A stretch of 62,358 bases of DNA, counting the filler, from Stramenopiles sp. TOSAG23-3 (Eukaryota), in NCBI GenBank assembly GCA_900128585.1. It is 6 parts of 6 records of this genome, joined end to end, with 100 filler letters (N's around TTAATTAATTAA, not from the genome) between each part and the next. Parts side by side here need not be neighbours in the genome. Positions count along the whole stretch, not along the records: positions 56,444 to 58,349 come from LT645254.1; positions 58,450 to 60,354 come from LT645255.1; positions 60,455 to 62,358 come from LT645256.1; 3 more parts are not named here. One strand, written 5' to 3'. Below are positions 57,098 to 62,358 of this stretch, in pieces. Position 1 is the stretch's first letter; every line of letters begins with the position of its first letter. The notes below the pieces were generated by a model, which did no database searches, had not been told where the DNA came from, and worked only from the letters and a program-made list of their open reading frames with translations. The position numbers were made by a program, and so were the translations under genes.

Positions 57098-58349
57098 TTA
57101 AGACAGCATATTCAGCTCCTGCCGGGCGGTTAATATCCCCGCAATTTCTTTCAAAAATTCTTCCAACACGACCACCCCTTCCAAAAATCGCTTGCTTCGG
57201 ACGTCAACGTCTTCGGCTATCAACACGTCGCCTTGGTTGCCGCTGTCTTCAAAACTAATCGGGACGTCCTTTCTGCTATCCGTGGTTCCCAAACGCGCCC
57301 GCGTTTTCTTCAACGCTTTCTCCCCTTCAGGCAGCTGCTTCAGCCTAACTTGTGCTTCCGACCAAACGACTTGCAAAACGCTCAGCAAAGTGCGATTGCA
57401 GCTGTCCTCCGGACTGTTTCGGTCTTCTTCGTTCTCTTGGGAAAACAAAAAATTGTGGACTCTGGGGTGGGGGCACTGCGCCATCTGCGACCACAACCCG
57501 GTCAAAATTAGGTTTTCATCCGGGGAATTGTCCAGCATCGTTTCCAATTTGTCCATCAACGCCGAAAAAAAAAGGCCCTCGAAGAAAAACCCAACGGACG
57601 TGGCATCGTTCTGTGCGGCGGGCTTATCGAGGCTGTTGGACCGATTTTTCTTGTTGGCGTTTTCGCCCAATAGGCCTCCTTCCTTCGCGCCGTCTGGCTT
57701 CGTGTCCTCCTGGTTCGTGGAGGACCAGTACTGCGCCATGCGGGAAACATACTGCTTGTGGGCGTCGGTAAGGTAATCTTCAAACACCAGTTTGGAACCG
57801 TCACCCTCAAGCTCTCGGCCGCTCCCCTGGCCCTGGGGGAGGGGGACCCCCGAAAAAAAAGAGAGGAACCTCTTCGTGGGGTCCTGCGCCTCCCTCGTCC
57901 CCTCGGCGTAAATTGCCGACGGGTGCGCATGCGTCATGTTTCGAACCACAAGATTGTGCAGCACGTAACTCCCGCCTACTTCCAGCAAGCAGTTGAACAG
58001 TTCCATGGTCACTTCACTCACGGGCGAAGACTGCGAGGTGATGCGGTGGACCAGCACCGTTCGCAGTTCGATGAGGCCGGGGGACGCCCGCGAATTTCTA
58101 GGACCACCGGCCAGTGCTTGTCGAGGCGGGGAGCGGGCGGGGTCGATTTCTGGCGCCGTATCGTCCCCAAGCAGAGAGCGCACTATCACGTTCAGCAGCG
58201 GGTTGTAGGGTTTCGGCGTGGCGCACAGCGTCTGTATAATCGTGTGCGTGTACACCGTCGCCGCGGTTTGCCCGGCCTCGGACCCCGTCATCAGCGCAGG
58301 CCGCAGCCGGTCCTCTACGAAGCGCTCTCGGACCTCCCTGCATATGGCG
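57098..58349 (-). CDS. FHIP/FAM160 (FTS-Hook-interacting protein)-like, 5'-partial at the gap
   Basis: FEGLFFSALMDKLETMLDNSPDENLILTGLWSQMAQCPHP; VVVLEEFLKEIAGI; frame open to the gap. Confidence 0.8.
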
Positions 58350-58680
58350 NNNNNNNNNNNNNNNNNNNNNNNNNNNNNNNNNNNNNNNNNNNNTTAATTA
58401 ATTAANNNNNNNNNNNNNNNNNNNNNNNNNNNNNNNNNNNNNNNNNNNNTTCGAGAGCAGTGAGGGACTCTGACCGATCCATCGATGGAACGAAAGCGTG
58501 TTCGCCGAACAGACTCACAAGGTACGATGCCGACCTTCCTTGGTGTGTGCGTTTGAGGGGCATGGATGTCCATGCGTTATTTATTTGTTAATAAAGATAA
58601 CAGCCTTCAAGATTTGTTTTGTTTTTAAATTTAGAGGCCTAAAACTAATTAATTTTTTTAAATAAACTGACCACCACTCT

Positions 58681-59532
58681 TTAACCCCGTCGGCAGCACA
58701 GGACGTTGAAGGAGAGTTCCTCGTGCAAGCATCCCCAACTGTCAACATGGTTTTTATCCCAGTTATGAAAGAATCCTACGTGCTGTTTTTCTGGGCATTT
58801 ATCCAACCCCTCGGAGGGGTTGTGGCCAACCTCTTGCTTTAGTGCGGCTTGCTTGACTTGCTCTTTACGACCTCCGGGCCACAGCCAGAAGTAGGAGTGG
58901 TCTTCGACCTTGTACATGTTGGCGAGCGCGAGGGCTTGGTATGGGCTGCACGGCAAATATTTATCCCCGAACTCTTTCTTGCATGTGCCGAAGATGGCGT
59001 CTGGGTCGTAGGCGGTCTTCGCCTTGGTCGAGCGCATGTATTCTTCGCATTCTTTATCTTTAAAGTTCCACGCCCCACCCTTGGCTTCGCAGACTTTTTC
59101 GCTGAGCTCGAGGAAGCTGGTGGGCTTCCCGGCGGCGGCGGTAAGGGCGGCCTCGTCGACGCCCTTGGCCCGGACTTCGGTCTTGCGGGCGGCGCTCTCT
59201 GCACTTTTGGCTTCGTTCAGGGCGTCTTGGTTCTCGGTCTCGTTCATGGGTCGGCAGATGGTTTCGCACAGGATCGGGGGCTCGTCCTTGAATTTAACGC
59301 GCCCGACGTCGGTGGGGGAGATGCCACCGTCCACTTCTACTTCGGCGGCCATTTGCATAAAACTGTCGACGTCCGCGAAGGCTTCGGGCACGTCGAAGTG
59401 CAGGTTGAAGCCCCCGTTGGACGTTGGGAGTTCCATGATTTCATCAACGGCCCGTTCGTCGAACAGGGACGAGGGCATGCTGGATACTATCGCTACGGAA
59501 GCAAGGAGTGCTACTACGGTGGTCTTCATCAT
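58681..59532 (-). CDS. Secreted cysteine-rich protein with SFMQ/SFLE motifs
   Basis: Signal peptide MMKTTVVALLASVAIVSS; C-terminal Cys/Trp-rich domain ending VLCCRRG. Confidence 0.75.
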   Translation of the reverse strand: MMKTTVVALLASVAIVSSMPSSLFDERAVDEIMELPTSNGGFNLHFDVPEAFADVDSFMQMAAEVEVDGGISPTDVGRVKFKDEPPILCETICRPMNETENQDALNEAKSAESAARKTEVRAKGVDEAALTAAAGKPTSFLELSEKVCEAKGGAWNFKDKECEEYMRSTKAKTAYDPDAIFGTCKKEFGDKYLPCSPYQALALANMYKVEDHSYFWLWPGGRKEQVKQAALKQEVGHNPSEGLDKCPEKQHVGFFHNWDKNHVDSWGCLHEELSFNVLCCRRG

Positions 59533-60772
59533 GGTACGGTTTACTAACAACAACAAAAAGGGTTGGTTGGTGCACACTACTTATATTGTACGTAAACAAC
59601 AAACAAACAAACAAACAAAGGGTTGACTATGTATATGTATGTCTGAAAAGAAAAAAGATCCTAAGTCTGTTTTTCAGATGCAAACTGTACGTATGGATGG
59701 TAACAGTTTCCCCTGCCAACACCAACGAACACACATTTCCTTTCCATTCTCTCTCTCCCCTTCCTTTCGTTTGAGTTCACTTGGTTTCCTTCGTTGTTTC
59801 TTTTTGTTTAATTTCTTCTTCTTTTTTTTTTTTTTTTTTTGGAATTTCTTTTTTTTTTATATTAATATTACCTATGAATTTATAGAATAGAATACTGACG
59901 TTTGGTGTTTTATTATTTATATTTATAGTATTAGATAGTTATTATTAATAAATAGAATAGATATTTTGGGCATTTCGGTATATTTCTTTCGTTTACTTGA
60001 TTTGTAGTTATAATTCCTATTTAATTTTCTATTTTAATAGGAATAGGTGTTATTACATCAATATAATAAGAGAGTTCATTTATTAGAATAGGATTAGAAT
60101 AGGATTAAATCGGATGAAATAGAATGAGCATAGCATTGATTAAGTCCTTCTCTTTCCCCCCCCTTTTTTTAAATTTAGAAATGAAAAAAAAGAGAAATGG
60201 AATCCTTCATTTCGTAAATGTATTTGTAGGGTATAATAGAATACAATTAGAATATCCTATATGATATATTCAGACTTCTCTTCTTTTCTTTTCTCTTCTT
60301 CAGATTCTTCTCTTCTCTCTTCTTCTCTCTTCTTCTCTTTCTTTCTTTCTTTCTNNNNNNNNNNNNNNNNNNNNNNNNNNNNNNNNNNNNNNNNNNNNTT
60401 AATTAATTAANNNNNNNNNNNNNNNNNNNNNNNNNNNNNNNNNNNNNNNNNNNNTTTTACTTTTTGTACTTCAATTTTGTATTTCTTTTTGTTTTGTTTT
60501 GTTTTTTATTTCTTTTTTTTTGTGAGTGATAATAATAATGAAAGTCATCCAATCCAATCCAACACACGAAGAAAGAAAGATAGAAAGAAATAGAAAAAGA
60601 AGGGGTACACAAAAATCTCTTTTTTTTCACTATTTTTTTGGAAACAAGGAATTGTATATACAACGAGAAAAGGCTCTGGTGGAATTTGTTCTATTTTATT
60701 TGTAAAGAGGAGGAGAAAAGAAAGAGATCAGCGAACGTATCGACTGACCAACGACGGAAGAAGAGAAAAAAT

Positions 60773-62026
60773 ATGCCACTAGACGAGGGAAGGGGTGAGA
60801 AGGAGAACGTGGTGGGGAAGAAGGGCCGTGGAGGGAAAACGACGTCGTCCAACCGGCCGTTGTCGAAAACGGCGAGGTTGCGCGCGGAAACGGCGGCGCG
60901 AAAAGAGGCGAAAGCTGCTGCGAAACTGCAGGAAGCGGAAAACACAAAAATGTTCAAGATCGCCAAGGGGGACGACCCCAGGGCGACGTTTAAGAGGTTT
61001 TTTACATTGTATAAAAAAATGTGTGGGGACGACTGTGCGCACATGGTGGGGCACATCTATGGCAACTCGAGAACGGGAAAGGAGCAACTCATAAAATTTA
61101 GCAATAATCCAGACATGTACGTGCTCACCAAGTTTTGCATCCACTGCGTTCAAAATGCGTCGCACAGGCCGGCAGACTGCCCTGAATTCATGAAGGACAA
61201 CCGAAAGAAACTCATACGGGCGGAGCTCCAGCGGCGAGAGAAAAAGCGACGTAAAAAGGTGCATAAAGTTGGTGGCCTTATTTTGGACACTAAGGAACTG
61301 TACGACGTTGTAGAAATTTTCGGTGGGTTCGAGAAATGCTCTGGGGACATTGCCGTTCCCTCTACATCCAATTGGGTGAAAGTGGGCGAGAGGATGGGGA
61401 TGATCCCGGAAGAGGCTACGGGGCCTAGGCGGCGCGTCATTTCGGCCCACATAAAGCACGTTTATTGCGAAAAGTTCCCGGAAAAAGCGTTGGAGGCGAG
61501 AGACGAGTACACCGATTTTTTCCGTTCCTACCACCTTAGACGCATATCATATGCAAACAAACGTAGAATAACGGTCGGGAAAAAGAGCACAAACCATAAA
61601 TGCAAGTACTGCGGCCAATTTTCGACTAGTCATGCCTCCATCCACTGCCCGCTGGTGGCCCACCCGCTGCTCAGAAAAAAATTCGCGCTGAAAGGGGGGG
61701 AGGAGGAGGAGGACCACGGGGGTGCGCTTGAAAGCATGGATTTTGAGATGGACGATGCCGATCGCGATGATGCGGAAAGCGTTGTGAAGAAGACACCCGT
61801 CTCGACATCGTTCGACAGGCTGGTCAACAGCTGCACGTATGCGGTCACGGAAAGCGAGAAGCGGTGCATACGTTGCAATAAAGTGGGCCACACGCTGAGC
61901 GTGTGTCCAGAACGCTATGGTCCACCGGGGAGTCGGGGCAGAAAACGAGCACGCAAGGGCGATGCCACAGCAGAAGGCGCGCCATCAAAAGGCAAGAATA
62001 AGACGAAGTACAAACAAGTGGTGTAA
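60773..62026 (+). CDS. ARID-domain protein with three CCHC-type zinc knuckles
   Basis: VGGLILDTKELYDVVEIFGGFEKC..WVKVGERMG..IKHVY; CIHC..H..C, CKYC..H..C, CIRCNKVGHTLSVC; first ATG at 60773. Confidence 0.8.
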   Translation: MPLDEGRGEKENVVGKKGRGGKTTSSNRPLSKTARLRAETAARKEAKAAAKLQEAENTKMFKIAKGDDPRATFKRFFTLYKKMCGDDCAHMVGHIYGNSRTGKEQLIKFSNNPDMYVLTKFCIHCVQNASHRPADCPEFMKDNRKKLIRAELQRREKKRRKKVHKVGGLILDTKELYDVVEIFGGFEKCSGDIAVPSTSNWVKVGERMGMIPEEATGPRRRVISAHIKHVYCEKFPEKALEARDEYTDFFRSYHLRRISYANKRRITVGKKSTNHKCKYCGQFSTSHASIHCPLVAHPLLRKKFALKGGEEEEDHGGALESMDFEMDDADRDDAESVVKKTPVSTSFDRLVNSCTYAVTESEKRCIRCNKVGHTLSVCPERYGPPGSRGRKRARKGDATAEGAPSKGKNKTKYKQVV

Positions 62027-62138
62027 CAGTCGCGCATGTAAATTTACAAAAATATAAAACAGCTAAATAAAAATATTTGCTCTCTTATTTAGAGTTAGAT
62101 AAAAACCTTTTATATGATATCAGAGCGTTGCCAGCAGG

Positions 62139-62358
62139 ATGAAGGCACGCCACCGAACCTCGGCTATTGCACCGCCGATCGAAATTATCGCAAACGACCC
62201 TCCCCCGACATCTCAACCCACAGATAAAAACCCCTTGACAGATTTCCAAGTCAGACAACGAGCACCTCAACAACAATTTAGCCGCTGCTTGGAAGATGGT
62301 ACAAGGGTTGATTTATCTCTGAGTGAGATATCGGATGAGGAAGTTGATTACGGTTCAT
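62139..62358 (+). CDS. 3'-partial ORF running off the window (MKARHRTSAIAPP...)
   Basis: ATG at 62139, 73 open codons to the window end; absent from the ORF track, presumably because it has no stop in the window. Confidence 0.4.
   Translation, partial: MKARHRTSAIAPPIEIIANDPPPTSQPTDKNPLTDFQVRQRAPQQQFSRCLEDGTRVDLSLSEISDEEVDYGS

Overview
This is a eukaryotic nuclear scaffold: gene-dense, intron-poor, with AT-rich spacers and the standard genetic code. It is probably a flagellated protist such as a stramenopile (inference only). Six N-gaps interrupt it, five carrying an artificial TTAATTAATTAA linker. There are about 22 protein genes. Recognisable ones include threonyl-tRNA synthetase, eIF5B, calreticulin, a PKD2-type channel, a ZC3H15/Tma46-like protein, a FHIP/FAM160-like protein, an APC permease, a kelch protein, an alpha/beta-hydrolase, an F-BAR protein, an ankyrin-FN3 protein and several IQ/EF-hand/LRR proteins. 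Five things stand out: (1) a family of 25-75 bp dispersed insertions with a fixed oligo-T end, variable truncation at the other end and variable-length target-site duplications, found only downstream of stop codons; (2) a ThrRS fused to a C-terminal EMAPII/Arc1p-type tRNA-binding domain; (3) a ZC3H15/Tma46 homologue whose CCCH fingers appear replaced by an OB-fold; (4) several palindromic MITE-like elements, one with hairpin termini; (5) a possible structured ncRNA and a dynein MTBD-like module in an IQ protein. All domain calls are by eye; no searches were run.
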